Assembly (NCBI GenBank): GCA_951406725.2
Contig: OX597817.1
Location: 147,188,001-147,252,000 of the forward strand
Length of the DNA stretch: 64,000 nucleotides
Direction: 5' to 3'
From: Octopus vulgaris
Taxonomy: Eukaryota
Shown piece after piece: positions 29,691 to 44,922 of this stretch (position 1 is its first letter; each line of letters begins with the position of its first letter). A program made the translations under genes and the position numbers. The notes beneath the pieces are model-generated. The model saw nothing but the letters and a program-made list of their open reading frames with translations. It searched no databases and had not been told where the DNA came from.

Positions 29691-30426
29691 ATTTAAAATG
29701 GAAATGTTAAAACGTGAATATAGTCCTGTATTTAATGAAAGATGTATATAAAAGTTCAATTAAAAGTTAAAAACCTCATTAAGGGATAATAAGATCCAAT
29801 GAGTATGTTGGTTTATTACCTATTACAAGAAGTGTTGAATATTACATTTGATATTCAACTATGAAGTAATTTGATAAACCGCAGTTTATATATTTTTTGA
29901 ACAAAATAAGAAAATAGAGATAATTATATCAATAATTATTTATTAATTACAAAATTGGACATCATCTATGACAGCTGTTTCTATTTAAGGATTTAGAAAT
30001 TAATTAGTATAATTAAAAACATTTTGAAGTTGAATCTAATCAGAGGTGGAAAAAGATATAACCTTACATTTTCATATTATTGTGTGCTGAGTGTTGGGAG
30101 CAAAACTATTAACTGATAAATGTTTTGTAGAAAGAGCATGGTATAAACCTTACAAAGGGATGGAGTAGTATATTTATCGAAGTTATTACAAAAACGAAAA
30201 CAGAAATAAAGAATAAGATATGGTAATATAACTTATATATCTCTAAAGTATAATTCAGTATCAAATAAAATTAATTGAGAATGTGGTCATAAAAATATGG
30301 TAGTAATATATTATGGGTAGTTAGTAATATTATAGCGTAAGCAGTATGTTAATGAATGTTATATTAAGCCAATAAATAATTATGAATAGAAAAATTAGGG
30401 AGAATTTGTAGTAAATTAGTTTGTGC

Positions 30427-30473
<47 letters not shown>

Positions 30474-31055
30474 TATATATATATGTATATTATTTATATA
30501 CACTATCTATGTATGTCTATGTCTATACCTATATCTGTCTATTTACCAATATATCCATCCATGCTTGCATGTATATCTATGTATGTATAGGCATACGTAT
30601 ATTCATATATACATACTAATTTTTTTGTTTACGCACTAGCATTGTGCTAAATCATCTATGGATTTCTATGGTAAATACATATATGCTGACTGGCGGATTT
30701 AGTCGACACCACCCGATCGGCCAGCTTTCCCTGACGAAGCGTACGGAAGAACGCAAAACAAGAAGTCTAGTCTGAGAGGTTCTCGATTCCGTCATGGCGC
30801 GGTTTCTTCCCCTATCAGCGTACGTGCATACGCTTGCGCTCTTCCTACAGCACAAAGAGTATTTTACTGCTATTTCTAGAAAAGTAGATGTTTGGGCACC
30901 CTATAATCACATTTAGTGATGATTGAACTTTTCTTTTATGGTATTATATTGCTCCTAGCTGTTTTTATCAATTTTCCTTGTATATATATATATATATATA
31001 TATATGCATTTAGTCTTTTATTCTTTCACTTGTTTCAATCATTTGATATATACAT

Positions 31056-31132
<77 letters not shown>

Positions 31133-31161
31133 TGTATATATAAATATATATATAAATGTAT

Positions 31162-31437
31162 ATATTGTTATATTTAGGAATGGTCATTTTGCCAGTTTAG
31201 CCAATAAAAACACACGCACTATATATTTGGTGTTACTTTGCTTCAGTGTTATTTATTTTTTACATTAATCTTAATCTTATTTCGGCCAGAGTTCTTTCGT
31301 CACACTCCTGTGACCGCATCAGTGGTCCTTTGTTTTCTTCTTACTTATTTGTGTCTCTCCTTACTAACCGTCAGCCATTTTGTATTTCTATTGTATGGCT
31401 AAACTGGCAAAATGACCAATCCTAAATACAACAATAT
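31162..31437. repeat. Cassette with ~42-bp inverted termini enclosing a hammerhead-like motif
   Basis: TATTTAGGAATGGTCATTTTGCCAGTTTAGCCA versus TGGCTAAACTGGCAAAATGACCAATCCTAAATA. Confidence 0.85.
31284..31328 (-). ncRNA. Hammerhead-like motif (A9C core change)
   Basis: Reverse complement reads GGACCA-CTGATGC-G-GTCACA(GGAG)TGTGAC-GAAA-GAAC-TC-TGGCC, with a perfect 6-bp stem II. Confidence 0.55.
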
Positions 31438-31509
31438 CTGTTTCAACACACGACTTCACATAAAAAATCTTGCACAACAAATATTTAAACGTAAATGAAT
31501 ATATATATA

Positions 31510-31589
<80 letters not shown>

Positions 31590-31761
31590 TGTATGCATGT
31601 GTGTATGTATGTATGTGTAGAGTGTTTGAAGTGGTGTACAAATATTGTATATTGAGGGAAAAGGAAGCAGTCTGAATTTTGGGATAATTCCTTATCAGCA
31701 CTTTCGTTCGTTTATCGAACTCGTCAAGACAAAATCAATATATAAGAAGATACGCAAAGAT

Positions 31762-32638
31762 GAGCTAATATGAATGCAAGGATGTACATGGAAACTACAG
31801 GACTAAATACGTGTATTAATATTCGTATATCTAGGGTCGATGTAACCGACTTACCTCCTCCCCTAAAATTACCGAACCTGTGCCAAAATTTGAACTAATA
31901 ATCGTACATATTTGTGTATATTCTTTTAGCCTTTAGTTTTTTGACAACCTGACTGAACAGCACATGTATAGTATGCTCTTGATCTTTCATAAGGATAAAA
32001 TATGCATGACCGAACATGTTATTGGCTATTTCCTCCATGAAGTCTTCTGTAACAATAATAATAATTTTTTTATGTATTCTTTTTTGCACTGAGGAGAATA
32101 GGGATATATCATTAATTAAAGTAAATTAAATTAAATTAATTTCTAATAATTCTACCATGCTATTCACATTTTAATATCGCTGTACGAAACGATCGTATGC
32201 ATGCATTAAAATTCTTTTTCAAAGTTTAACATCTTCTCATCTTGAGTTTCTATGAGATACCTTTCCATGACTTCTCCTCACACACTATATATATGTAATA
32301 ATTTTATATTCGCAAAAATCTTACTCCAGCAAGCTACCAACGAAATGTGAAGAATCTTTGTTGGATATCGCCCTTTGGAACTCTCCAAAGTAAAGGATAA
32401 AATAGAACTCAACCTTTTCACATGTATATTCTTACATATATTTTTGCTTTTGCTTTTGCATTTGCCTTTTGCTGGGGCACAAGACTATACACAAATATGT
32501 ACGTAAATCAGTTTGGCACAGGTTCAACAATTTTAGGGGAGGGGTGAGTCGGTTACATCGATCCTACATGTACGAATATTAATATACATATTTATTCCTA
32601 CAGCTTGCAGCTATTTCATTGCATTCATATTAGCTCAC
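31762..32638. repeat. Inverted duplication (~130-bp arms) including a SINE B tail and its flank
   Basis: GAGCTAATATGAATGCAA...TATTAATATTCGTA...TCGATGTAACCGACT...GAACCTGTGCCAAA (31762-31893) versus its reverse complement at 32508-32638. Confidence 0.8.
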
Positions 32639-33246
32639 AGTATTTCAGTTACACTTTTGAGTTTTGAGCACTCTGTATCTAAAACATATCCATGGATCGA
32701 ACCAAATATTCACATTCACATACACTAATACACTCACATATACACACACATCTATGTGTATGATTTTAAGTTAACGTATTATTTCTAGCAACGTTTGAAT
32801 ACACATATGTTATATGATTTATTTACTTTGGTTTCACTCTAGCATGCCTTAAATATAGCGAAGCATACTTGAAATTATAGCAAGCAGTAAAAACTACACT
32901 ATTTCTGGTGAACAACATTTTGACGTTTTATTGCTTGATCTTATTATGGAATTTGTAAACAAAGAAAATATCTTCCCTGTGGGATAGCTAATGTGTAATC
33001 TCAACATATGTTACTCGTAAAAGGAAAACGGGTGAAACTACTAATACATACATGTATGTACACATACGTACATAGATACATGCATATATATGTGTGTGTG
33101 TGTTTGTGTATGTGCATGTATAGGTACGTTATCCATATATGCATTATGTGTGTTATATGGAAATATCTCTCAATATGCATACACACATACACAAATATGT
33201 ATGCATCCATGGATATGCCTATATAACACACAAAATGAAAATATGC

Positions 33247-33280
<34 letters not shown>

Positions 33281-33470
33281 ATGTGTTTGTGTATGTATGT
33301 ATATATTCAAATTATATATGCATACACACAGAAATTTATATATGTATATAAACACACACACATACATATATATTTATAACGTGTATATATATATTATGTA
33401 CATATATGTATAGAAATACATATATACGTGTGCGCATACATTCTGGTCATATATACAGACGCACGTATAC

Positions 33471-33525
<55 letters not shown>

Positions 33526-33563
33526 CATATATACATACATATATACATACACACACACACACA

Positions 33564-33653
<90 letters not shown>

Positions 33654-34269
33654 TGTATGTATGCATTTATATATGTATATCTGTGTTTTTATTGAGGGAA
33701 AGGATAAAGAGAACGCAAGGATTAAAATAATTATTATTGTATTTTTATAGTGTTTATTAAGGCTATATTGAGATTGTAATAAATCTCCAATATTCTATGT
33801 GCAGAAGACTAATGTCAGTTTACCCAACTTGACTTCCCACCGCTCATCATCTTTCTGACAGAGCTTCATCCCTGGATCAGTGTAAGCCAATGATAGCAAC
33901 CTGCCATATGGAATGTTGCTATGCTTTCTCAGTCCTCCGCTATCTTAAGACGTTTAGTCATGTTGACCTTGTTGGAGGGGAACGGTAATATGGTGGCCAA
34001 CGAGAAAGATTTCAATTGCAATTTCAAGAGTGGTTTCAGAAAAGGAATCCCAACACCATGAAGAGACATTAATGGCTACGTTTTCTAAGATAATCTATTT
34101 TGAAACGCTGTCATTCGATCTAACAATAAAAATTACTTTACCATCTGGGCCAAACCCAAACAAATTATTCATTGTCAGATGATTATTTCACCACGTGTAC
34201 ACTGTAAATTCAAAGATCATTATTCTCAACTACTAGAAAAAATACGGGAGCCAATTTTTTAAAAATTCG

Positions 34270-34475
34270 TAATAAGAGAGCAAGCTCTACTAAGACTTAT
34301 TATAGAAGGAAACATAAATGGCAAACGCTGGAGAGAGTGTTCGACAAAAAGTCGTTTGATAACATCAAGGAGTGGACTGTTAAGGTAAATAAGTAAAAAT
34401 GACTTACAAAAATATCCGAAGAGAAATTCTTGATATTCAATCTGTTGAGAGCAGACGACACCTAATAATGACGAT
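34270..34475 (+). mobile_element. RTE (BovB-like) LINE 3' remnant
   Basis: Translates LIIEGNINGKRWRECST...NIKEWT (cf. the RTE C-terminal consensus EGxxxGKRxRGRxxxxWxDNIKEWT), followed by a TAATAATGACGAT-type tail. Confidence 0.55.
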
Positions 34476-36326
34476 ACGTCATTCTATGTGTGACTATCTA
34501 TTTCTGTGTTTCATTCGGTGTAGTCAGATCCTTACCCGTGTACAGTGTTAAGCTACTTTAAATAATCTCTTACGTAGTAACAAGATACATCTTGGTTTGA
34601 TACATCAACGATACTTGAGCTCAATATTTGAATAAGTTAATTTGATTTAAGCTCAAGACCAGCAATTTTGAAAAGAGCAGGTTAGTCGATACGTTCGAGT
34701 CTAGTACTTGATTGGTACATTATTTCGCCGACTCGAAATGGATGTGGGCAGAGCTGCCATCGACACGATCTGAACGGAGTATGTAAATATATGGAAGAAA
34801 TAACGCTGCCTTTAAATAAATAATTAAATATTATATAATAAAGCTCCATATCTGGGTACTGTTTTGCTAATAATATTCCTTCACTTCAACTGTTTGAGGA
34901 TGTAGCGATTAAGTACTCAGAGAGGCCGTTTTAACATGATTTTTCCATTTAGTTCCTTTGTCGAATTTTGCCATGCCTCTTCCGTTCTTCTTTGGTGGCG
35001 CACGTAATCAGACACATCTGTGTGATTAAGAAGTTCGTTCAGGATCTTGTGATTCCAGGTTTGACCGAAGTGCATAGATATTTAGGCAAGTGTCTGTCTT
35101 CTACCAGAAACTCAGATCGACTTGTACTTCGCGAATGAGATTTCGGTTGACGGAAATATTAAGGAAGCAAATAAGATAGACTGTACCTGTTTGTAGGTTA
35201 GGCAATAATACATATTTTGTTTTAACATCACATCAAAGTCTTTGGTGCCTTCAGTAGGAACCCACTCTGTTGTCAGCATTTATTCTGATTATTAGGCTTG
35301 AGATCTACCAACCGAGGAAGGTAGAAACCACAGGTTAACCGGTAGACGTGCAAATAGTCACAGGTGTTGCCCCTCTTACTCTGGCAAAATTGCGGCAAAA
35401 ATGGCGATAATAATATTTATATTTATATTATTGTCGTAGCTGTTTGACTCTAGATTAACCGTCACTGAATAGATCTATGATCAAAGGTGCAATATATGCG
35501 GTTCTTGTATTCAGAAACTACATTGTTTAACGTATCTCTCGAAATTTACTACTCAAGGATGTGAATTGATGGAGACATAGCTGCTATTTCTAACAGGATG
35601 ACTTACCATCAAGATGCTCTTTCATTAGCTTGTTTTTATGTAGCTAATGTTATTTAACCATAGGAGAGCAGTGATTGAAAAAAATCCCAAGATCGGAAGC
35701 GTCCCGTCCACTAACTTTCTGTCTTTATTTGGAAGAGAGTATCTGAGACTACATTATAATGTATATCTAGGTATATTCTTAGAAATATAGACGGAAAGGT
35801 GGTGGTGGAAACTCTTGTGATCGTCAGACTTACAGTTTGAAAAACGAAATCAGAAGTTTGAAACATGCGGGAAATTTAGTTGCTATTTCCAGCAAGTCGG
35901 GCGACTACAATAGAGGTTTCCGTGTATGGTTGTTGAAATTTATATCTATTACTGTGGCGACGTGTCAGCTGTATTAGATTGATGGCCAAATAGATTAGAG
36001 TGTTTAGCTTTGACCTATGTTCAGGGTTCAAATCTTGCCGATAAGGAAATTCCACTTTCATTCTCGATCAGTCAAATACTAAGGTGAAGTTAATCGACTG
36101 TGTCGCCTCATAAATATATATCTCTATTTGAAATATTTGTATACAAGATTCATGTGTGTTACATGAAGGCAGAATATTTGTTTTGTTGTTGGTGCTATGT
36201 AGCTCCAGGTTCAACTTTACTGAGCTAACCAAGGATCTAAATCATTCCACTCGTGACCAATCCGGCCTATTTCCACGCATTGTATATTTAAAAATACATT
36301 ACTCACTCAAATGAATACGCTCTGTT

Positions 36327-37080
36327 TAAAGGTTAGGGTATTCGACTCAGGGTCGTAAGGTTGTGAGTTCGATACTCGCCAGCGCGTTGTGTCCTTGAGC
36401 AAGACGCTTTATTTCACGTTGCTCCAGTAGACTCATCTGGCAAAAACGAGTTGTTTCTGTATTTCAAAGGGCTGGACTTGTCACATTCTTTGTTACGCTG
36501 AATCTCCATGAGAACTACGTATCGATTCCCTAACGTATGAAAGGCAAAGTCGACCTCGGCGTAATTTGAACTCGAAACGTAAAGATAGGCGAAATACCTA
36601 TTACTTTACTACCACAAGGGTCTAAACACAGAGAGGACAAACAAGGACAGACAAACGGATTAAGTCGATTATATCGACCCCAGTGCGTAACTGGTACTTA
36701 ATTTATCGACCCCGAAAGGATGAAAGGCAAAGTCAACCTCGGCAGAATTTGAACTGAGAACGTAGCGGCAGACGAAATACCTATTTCTTTATTACCCACA
36801 AGGGGCTAAACATAGAGGGGACAAACAAGGACAGACATAGGTATTAAGTCGATTACATCGACCCCAGTGCGTAACTGGTACTTAATTTATCGTCTCCGGA
36901 AGGATGAAAGGCAAAGTCGACCTCGGCGGAATTTGAACTCACAACGTAACGGCTGACGAAATACTGCTTAGCATTTCGCCCAGCGTGCTAACGTTTCTGC
37001 CAGCTCGCCTCCATACGGGCAAGCTGTTCTGTTGATCGGATTAAGTGGAACTCTCGTGGTAATAACTGACAGAGTGCCAG
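36327..37080 (+). mobile_element. tRNA-derived SINE apparently split by a nested family B element
   Basis: Head GGTTAGGGTATTCGACTC...GAGTTCGATACTC...GTGTCCTTGAGCAAGAC at 36331-36520; apparent continuation after 37012. Confidence 0.55.
36538..37011 (-). mobile_element. Family B SINE with tandem-duplicated body (young-looking)
   Basis: TGAAAGGCAAAGTC(G/A)ACCTCGGC occurs three times (~36539, 36721, 36905); close reverse complement of 22307-22720. Confidence 0.85.
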
Positions 37081-37616
37081 TTACATGTACTCAAGCAGTG
37101 AATTTGGAGAGTCTTCAGAGTAGCAGATAGAATGCCTAGCAGTATTTGTCCTGACAGTCCTCGTTCTGCGTTCAAATACCGCCAAGGCAAACTGTGCCTT
37201 TCAATTTTCAGAAAAAGTATTAATCCCAGGTGATGCATACGCGAAAGTCTGAGAACTTTGGAACCGATGCATTGAGACATAAATTCGGTATCTATATGTG
37301 TTGAGTTCAAATCCTACCATTAACCTACCTGGCAAGAAGACTGAATATGTCGCCCGATTGAAGACCACAGTTTGACACTACGGGTGTCTTTAAGCAGTCC
37401 ATCTAGGTCTTCACTTTGAGGATACCTTCGTTCTTCCGACCTCTCAACACTCTCAATCCCCTGCAAAAGGCATCGCCTTAGCTCTTCACTAAAAAATAAA
37501 ACATATCTATGCTTACTAAGATGGTGATGTGGGGCAAATTCATTTATCATTCCTAGCTTTTCAAGCAACAAAGTATATGGTGTATACCTGTCTCATTATT
37601 AACAGAACAAGTTTAA

Positions 37617-37830
37617 AGCGGCGAGCTGGTAGAGTCGTTAGCGCACCGGACAAGATGCTTAGCAGCATTTCGTCTGCCTTTACGTTCTGAGATCAAATTC
37701 CGCCAAGGTTGACTTTGCATTTCATCCTTTCGGGATCTATAAATTAATTACCAGTGGTGTACTGGGGTCGATCTAATCGACTGGCCCCCTCCCCAAAAAT
37801 ATCGGGCCTTGTGCCTAGTGTAAAAAAGAA
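37617..37830 (+). mobile_element. SINE family B
   Basis: Matches 11499-11712. Confidence 0.85.
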
Positions 37831-38482
37831 AAGAGAGCGAGGAGAATATTACAGAAAATTTTACTATGCACAAGAACCAAGCTGTCTTCCATCTTCATAT
37901 TTTACAGTTTCCATACAGAGACATATTACACAAAATGTTTATCTTATATTTCTCGTGCTTCCTTTTTTGGCTCTTTTTCGCTTCCTTTAAAATGGAACAC
38001 TTCTGGCTCTGTCACTTAATTTTCTGTAATCAGTTATCTATTATTATTCTAAGAAAAACATTTTTATAATCCAAAATGTAGCCGAATTATAATCATCTTA
38101 TCTTTTTATAATTCGTGTCTAACTTACTCCTCATAATCATACTTCAATGTCGGTTTTACAATATTTTTTAGCATATCTTCTTTAATTCTTTATTTCTGTT
38201 ATTATCTTCTGGTTTCAGTCAGTTGACTTTGTCCGTGATGGCGCTCGACCTACAAGAATTCAAGTCGGTTAAATCGACTCGAGTTTATGTTTCAGTTTGG
38301 TACTTCTTTTATCGATTTCTAACTGTCAAAAGCGCTAGCCTACGGGTGATAAAGGAACTAAAGATAAACAGTTGTCGGATGAGTGTAGACATAAATACAG
38401 ACAGTCACGTACGTACAAGCACATATCACAAACATATATGCAGAAATACATACACACGACATATACATATATATGTATATAT

Positions 38483-38519
<37 letters not shown>

Positions 38520-38916
38520 CTACATATATATATATAGATAAACATACATACACATGCACACACACACACACATACACACAAACACACACACATATAAATA
38601 TGTATGTATATATATATATATATATATATATGTTTTTCTATATATATGTAGCAACATATGCGTATATGTGTGTATGTATACACAGATATTTCAAAAGTAA
38701 AAAGACAACCCTAATTACATTGTTTCATTTGTATGGACACTTATCATTAGTATGACGCCCAAATGGGTTAAATCATTAAAAAACTGCACACTGCATGTCT
38801 ACTAAATTCTAGATTAAGTATTATTTAAATGTCGCAAATGACATTTTATTTTCTAGAAAGAAATCTTTCAAAAATAATAGTGTCTGTTTACTTTTGAGAT
38901 ATGTATGAATGTAATG

Positions 38917-39000
<84 letters not shown>

Positions 39001-39002
<2 letters not shown>

Positions 39003-39722
39003 ATAACAAAAGTAATATATACAAACATATATGTACATAGCTACATCTATATGTATATATACATGCATATATGGGTACAGGACACCAAAAAAAAAAACGT
39101 TGAACACAGTGTTCCTCCTCCCTCTCGTCTCTAACACGTGACCAGAGGGAAGTCATCTTTCCGACTGCTATCTTCAACGAGTCAAGACGGCTTATCCTGT
39201 CCTTCTCATAAGCTGTCTCCTCAATGCGTTCAAAATAATTTTCTCATCGTCTTGGCTTAACAGCCATCATCGTTTGTTTTTACTGTGTTATTCCCCTTGT
39301 CCTGTCTTTTACTGTTTTTATTTGTAATGTTTTTACTGTCTTGTTTTGTTATTTACTGTCCTGTTTTTGTTACCAATTTTACCCCTCCGCAAAAAATCCC
39401 AAATCTTATCTAATTTGCTTTGCGGGAAGGACTTTTTCAACGAAGTCGCGTCTTGTCCTTACCTTCGAACGCGGAGTAGATGAAACAGGGACAACTGAAG
39501 AAGGGGAATATTCCTTGTGTTGTATGTCTTTTACTCTGTTGTTTCGTTGTTTGAAAAAAGTTCGTTTCCATGTTTTTGTTTTTATGTTTTCGTTTCTCAT
39601 TGTGTTCAACGTATTTTTTTGGTGTCCTGTACCCATATATGCATGTATATATTCATATAGATGTAGGTATGTACATATATGTATGTATATATGCATATGT
39701 TTATATATTATTTATGTTATTA
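39001..39722. repeat. Inverted repeat (~110-bp arms) flanked by (CTAT)n tracts
   Basis: CATGCATATATGGGTACAGGACACCAAAAAAAAAAACGTTGAACACA versus TGTGTTCAACGTATTTTTTTGGTGTCCTGTACCCATATATGCATG. The interior at 39388-39450 resembles 17538-17600. Confidence 0.85.
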
Positions 39723-39759
39723 TATGATCGAACGCCACTCATCCATTTACAAGTAAGTT

Positions 39760-39855
<96 letters not shown>

Positions 39856-41400
39856 TTATCTAATCACACATGTACCTAGAAAATGAGTACTAGGCTACAA
39901 ACGTTGGGAAGTTATAGTCGAGTAAATTTATTCTAATACTCTCCTGGTACTCGATTCATAAATCATAGAAAGAGGAAAAGCAGAATCCTTTTCACCAGGA
40001 AGTGAACTCACAACGTAAAATCAAGTAAATAAATATTACAAAGTGTCTTGTTGGGCTCCCTAATGCTTCCGCCAACCCTCCACCCTTATATTGAAAACAT
40101 TCTTTGCTTCACTTTACTTTTATAACTCTTCCCCGTTTACAACTGTAATTATCTTTACATACATTACTATTTTGCCACCACATACTTCCTTTGATATTCA
40201 GCCACTCACCTTCTATTTACCCTCATCAACTATCGTCATGGATCACTATATCAGTCTTCGTTGTGTCGTCCTTATACATTCGTTGTATTTTAGATTTGTC
40301 CAATATTTGATATTAATCGTCCGGTCTTTAGTTTTTACCCCTTCCTCTGTTGCCCTTAATTTTACCCTTTTTTTAAACGGTCTGTGCATTGAATTTCTTT
40401 TCTAATTAATTATCCAAAATATTTTAGTTTCCTCTCTTTGAAGGTCTCCATTAACATGTTCTAATTGTTTCCCATTTATCATTAGTTTTATGTTCTCTCC
40501 ATGTTATTCTCAAAACTCTTCGATCTGCTCTCATCTCAAAGACTTGTAATCTCTTTGATAATACTTTTTAATATCCATTTTAAATCCACTAAAGCGAGGG
40601 AAACTTGCTCAACACTTTAATAATATTTTTCTATTTTCGATCCTTAGTTAAAATTTTCAACACTTTTTTTCAAAGACACTCTCACTGTATCATTGCTTCT
40701 TTTGATTCTTACTCCATTTCTTTCTTTTCTGACTTACAAAACAGCCATTTTACCTGGTAATTCATCTTGAACTTCCCTGCTTCTCCTACTTGTTATTTTC
40801 CACCGCATATTATTCAGATCGAAATTCTCAATGCTACGAAAATTAAAAATATTTTGCCTGACGGATAGTTTTGCTCGAAACGTCTGGCTTTCTTAGGAAT
40901 AGAAAATTTGCGAAGTTTATTTACTTGGTGACTTTTTCAGACAGGGATCATCATTAAGTTTTGAGGATTGTGGTTTATAACTGAGTTGCCGATATAGATT
41001 CACAACTTCATTCTCTTTATATAAACCACAACAAATCTCCATACATTACTATAAAAACAATGAATTTATCTTGCTGACGAGTTCCTTATACATACACAAA
41101 AACACACACATTGATATATATGGTTATATATGCGTGTGGGTGTTTTGTAAACAACTTACACATGTTAGTGCTACCAGTCGAAAGCTCTGCCTACCGGAAG
41201 CCAGTAAGTGTATGGTGTCATCAGGAGAGAATTCGCACCGTTTCGGGTCCTACTTCTCGTCAGCCCCTTTCACTTACATGAGAGCCCGCTTGCTAGATCA
41301 ACTGGTTACCATATATAGCTCAATGTTCTTCTAGCCATTGCTCATCATCTCTTTTTAACCAAATCCAGTGGTTAGCCTTTTCCACTGTACACACACACAA

Positions 41401-41433
<33 letters not shown>

Positions 41434-41669
41434 CACGCATACATACATATATATACTGACGTAAGGTATTTCTATGCACTGAATCACCGACATGTTATTT
41501 CTAGCAGAACTTTCACTGTCTCAGACATCACAGCAATAAATGAAGCGAAGTACTATCTGCAGTTGGCCGTGAAAGATTCCCTTGGAGGAATTCAAACAAA
41601 ACCTCGCCTTCCCTCTAACTAACCGTTGGAAAAAGTCTTTAGACAGGTTATATATCGAAACACTTCTTA

Positions 41670-42900
41670 TTCAAATCTATCATTCTAGTTTTCAAAAAAG
41701 GAAACAAATCTCTTGCTGTTAACTATCGCCCAATCTCACTGACCTCTCACATCATCAAATTGTTTGATAGGTTGGTGAGATCAAGGATAACTGGCGTCCT
41801 TGGGAATAACAGTTTCCTAAATTCCAACCAGCATAGCTTCGGTTGCGGCAGAGACTGGCTGACACAGATTTTACATCGCAACAATAATGTCCTCAAGGGT
41901 TTGGTATCAAGTTCGAAATCTGATATTATATATCTTAACTCCAGCAACGCCTTAGACAAAGCCGACCATAACATTCTTCTGTTAATTATCCAGTATTGGA
42001 ATCTGAGGTAAACTGCTTGTGAACAGAACTCAACAAGTTCTGATAGATGGAATCTACACAAATCCTGCAAATATCAATACTGTTTTGAGTCTACTTCATT
42101 TTATAGTCCATATAAATAACATCTCAAATGTCAACAAGCATAACAAAATAAAATTATTTGCAGATATCAATGGAGAAAATGACGGAACTAAACTCCATTC
42201 TGATCTCCATGCTCGAGCCAAATGGGCGGACGAAAACAACATCCTGTTAAATGAGAGATATTTTGAACTCATGCTCTTTAGAAAAGAGACTGCCCTCAAA
42301 CAATCATATTCTCTTTCTTTACAACTACTCTTGATATCAAATAATATAGAAATAATTGTTGGAAACAGTGTCAGTCAGAGTGCTCGCATCAACAATAAAG
42401 TCGATACGGCTCGCAAGATGAGTTCCTGGATCATCAAAATTTTCTGTTCCAGAGAGCCAGATGTCATTATTCATCTTCCCCCGTCTTTGTATCGCTACAA
42501 CTAGAACAGTGCTGCCTCCTGTTATCTTTCCATACGAATCAAAAGATTATGAGACCTGAAGTACCCTATAGAACAATCGGTAGAAAAATATAAGGCTTGG
42601 CTGAGCTTCATTATTGGGACCGCCTTAAAACGTTGAATCCTTATACTCTCCGCCGTTGCCGTGAGCGCTATCTCATTTGCACAACGTGGAAAATATACCA
42701 CCAGCATTGTTCAGAAGACGCTGACATCAAATTGAGAATTCCCCCAAGGCCCACAATACATAGAGCCCTTCTCTACTTTACGTTATCTCAAAACAAACAA
42801 GAAAAACAGCACATCACCTTCAAGAGATATCTGAACAGATTTCTTCAAGAGATATCAGATAAGCCACTTTAGCGGGGTACATCTCAGTTATCAAAGAACT
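41670..42900 (+). pseudogene. Decayed CR1-group LINE reverse transcriptase
   Basis: KGNKSLAVNYRPISLTSHIIKLFDRLV, NQHSF, DIIYL..SNALDKADH, NRTQQVLIDG, LFAD, HYWDRLKTLNPYTLRRCRER; interrupted by stops and frameshifts. Confidence 0.85.
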
Positions 42901-43027
42901 TATTACTTAGATGATCCATGGCATCACGTAACTTAAAAGACAACTTAGCAGGTTGTCAGGAAGTGTTATTAAGTTAGACACGTATGCCGGGTTTATCGGA
43001 AGAAGGCAGCTCGCGGTGAAATTTCAA

Positions 43028-43117
<90 letters not shown>

Positions 43118-43221
43118 ATATCTATCTATCTAGCTGTCTGTCTGTATGTCTGTCAGTATGCCTGCCTGCCTGCCTGCCTGCCTGTCTGTCTATCTGCCTG
43201 CCTGTCTGTCTGTCTCTCTGT

Positions 43222-43257
<36 letters not shown>

Positions 43258-43356
43258 ATGTCTGTCTGCCTATCTGTCTATCTATCTAGCTGTCTGTCTG
43301 TCAGTATGCCTGCTTGTCTGTCTATCTGCCTGTCTGCCTGTCTGTCTGTCTCTGTG

Positions 43357-43411
<55 letters not shown>

Positions 43412-43425
43412 GTCTGTCTGTTTCT

Positions 43426-43458
<33 letters not shown>

Positions 43459-44564
43459 AGTCTGCCTGCCTGCCTATGTATATATCAATTTATCTATATA
43501 AATGTCTACCAAATTTCATGAACTGCATCACATATGCACACGCTTGTATATACGCATTCACACACATTTATAATCTCACACGCACATAAGCCCCCTCCCC
43601 ACCACACACGCACACTTGTGCGTGTGTATGTGTTGTATGTGTGTGTGTGTGTATGGGTGTGTACGTTCGTTCATATATTAGTGAGCGAAAATAACATACA
43701 CCCATTAGAAATATAAGACAAATTCAGGAGACGTACGAATATTAGCGAAGCCATTATTTAAAACATCCATCTTATCGTGGGGCCGTAAAAGAAAAACCAT
43801 CCTGAGTAATAACAGTGTTTAGGCTCAGGTTTTTTACAAGCCCTTGTCAGTGCGAAATATTTCAACGTTGATGATGGATGTCATTTAACAGAAAATCACT
43901 TGATTGTGACCTTTTGGTAAATACATAAAATAAATATCTTAAATTTATGAGAAAGTAAATAAATTCATCGCTAGACAAACATTAAGTCGACAGACGATAG
44001 TAAATCATCTTATTTGTACAAAATTAGCTTTGTAATATATAATCATCTGAAAATATTTCTTGTTTACTCAAAGACTTAAGGCAAACACTTTGGTAAAGTT
44101 TTTGCGATAAATATTTCTAATTCTATTTTAATGGTGTCACTTGTAGAGACAGAATTAATCTCTCTTCATCCGTCGAATCTTCGAACCGGTTTCAAATCTT
44201 GATTGTAATTTGTAACTTGTGCAATTCACGTAAGTAATGATCTTCTGGAAACCTGAATGTAATAGCTCGAAAGAAACCTTTATGGTTTTGCAACCACGTG
44301 GTTCCGCTGTATGTTTGTTGTGTGTGTATGTGTGAGTGTGTGTATGCGTGACATTTTCTCCCTACATCGCTTGCTAACCGATGTAGGCTTCTTTACGTCT
44401 CTGTGACTTAGTGATCCGACAAGAAAATGTCGATATAGGTACCTTTCTTCAAAAGCAAAAACAAGAGAATACTTGGATGAATTTGTTCTACCAAAACACT
44501 TCAAGGCGGAGCCCTAACATGGCCGCATTTGAAGAAAACGTTAATGGTGCCCTAACATTTTCGG

Positions 44565-44922
44565 CACTTGATGCTTTGGAAACCAGACAAAAATTGCTGC
44601 AGCTCGACTGGGATGTGTTATCCCACCCTCCATATTCACTAGATATTGCTCCTTCAGATTTCTACTTATTCAGGTCTCCGCAGAATAGTCTTAATGGAAA
44701 AAGTTTAAATTCCTTGGATGACGTAAAAAGATACATAGATGAATTCTTTGCCATGAAACCACCTCAATTCTGGGAAGAGGGTATTTTCAAGTTAATGGAA
44801 AGATGGAGACGCATTGTGCTACAAAATGGTTCATATTTGGTTGATTAAAAATGTAATGGCAAGTATTTATTGACCTTTTTCTTTCCTTTAAAAATCGGCA
44901 CGAACTTTCCGGACAATTCAAT
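44565..44922 (+). mobile_element. Mariner transposon 3' remnant (transposase C-terminus and probable TIR)
   Basis: WDVLSHPPYSLDIAPSDFYLFRS...GIFKLMERWRRIVLQNGSY matches the mariner YSPDLAPxD motif. It is followed by AAAATCGGCACGAACTTTCCGGACAATTCAATA. Confidence 0.9.

Noticed and set aside
41218-41265. CTGACGA...GAAAC and CTGATGA on the minus strand as an intact hammerhead
   Set aside because: Stems I and II do not pair convincingly; counted only as a possible decayed motif.
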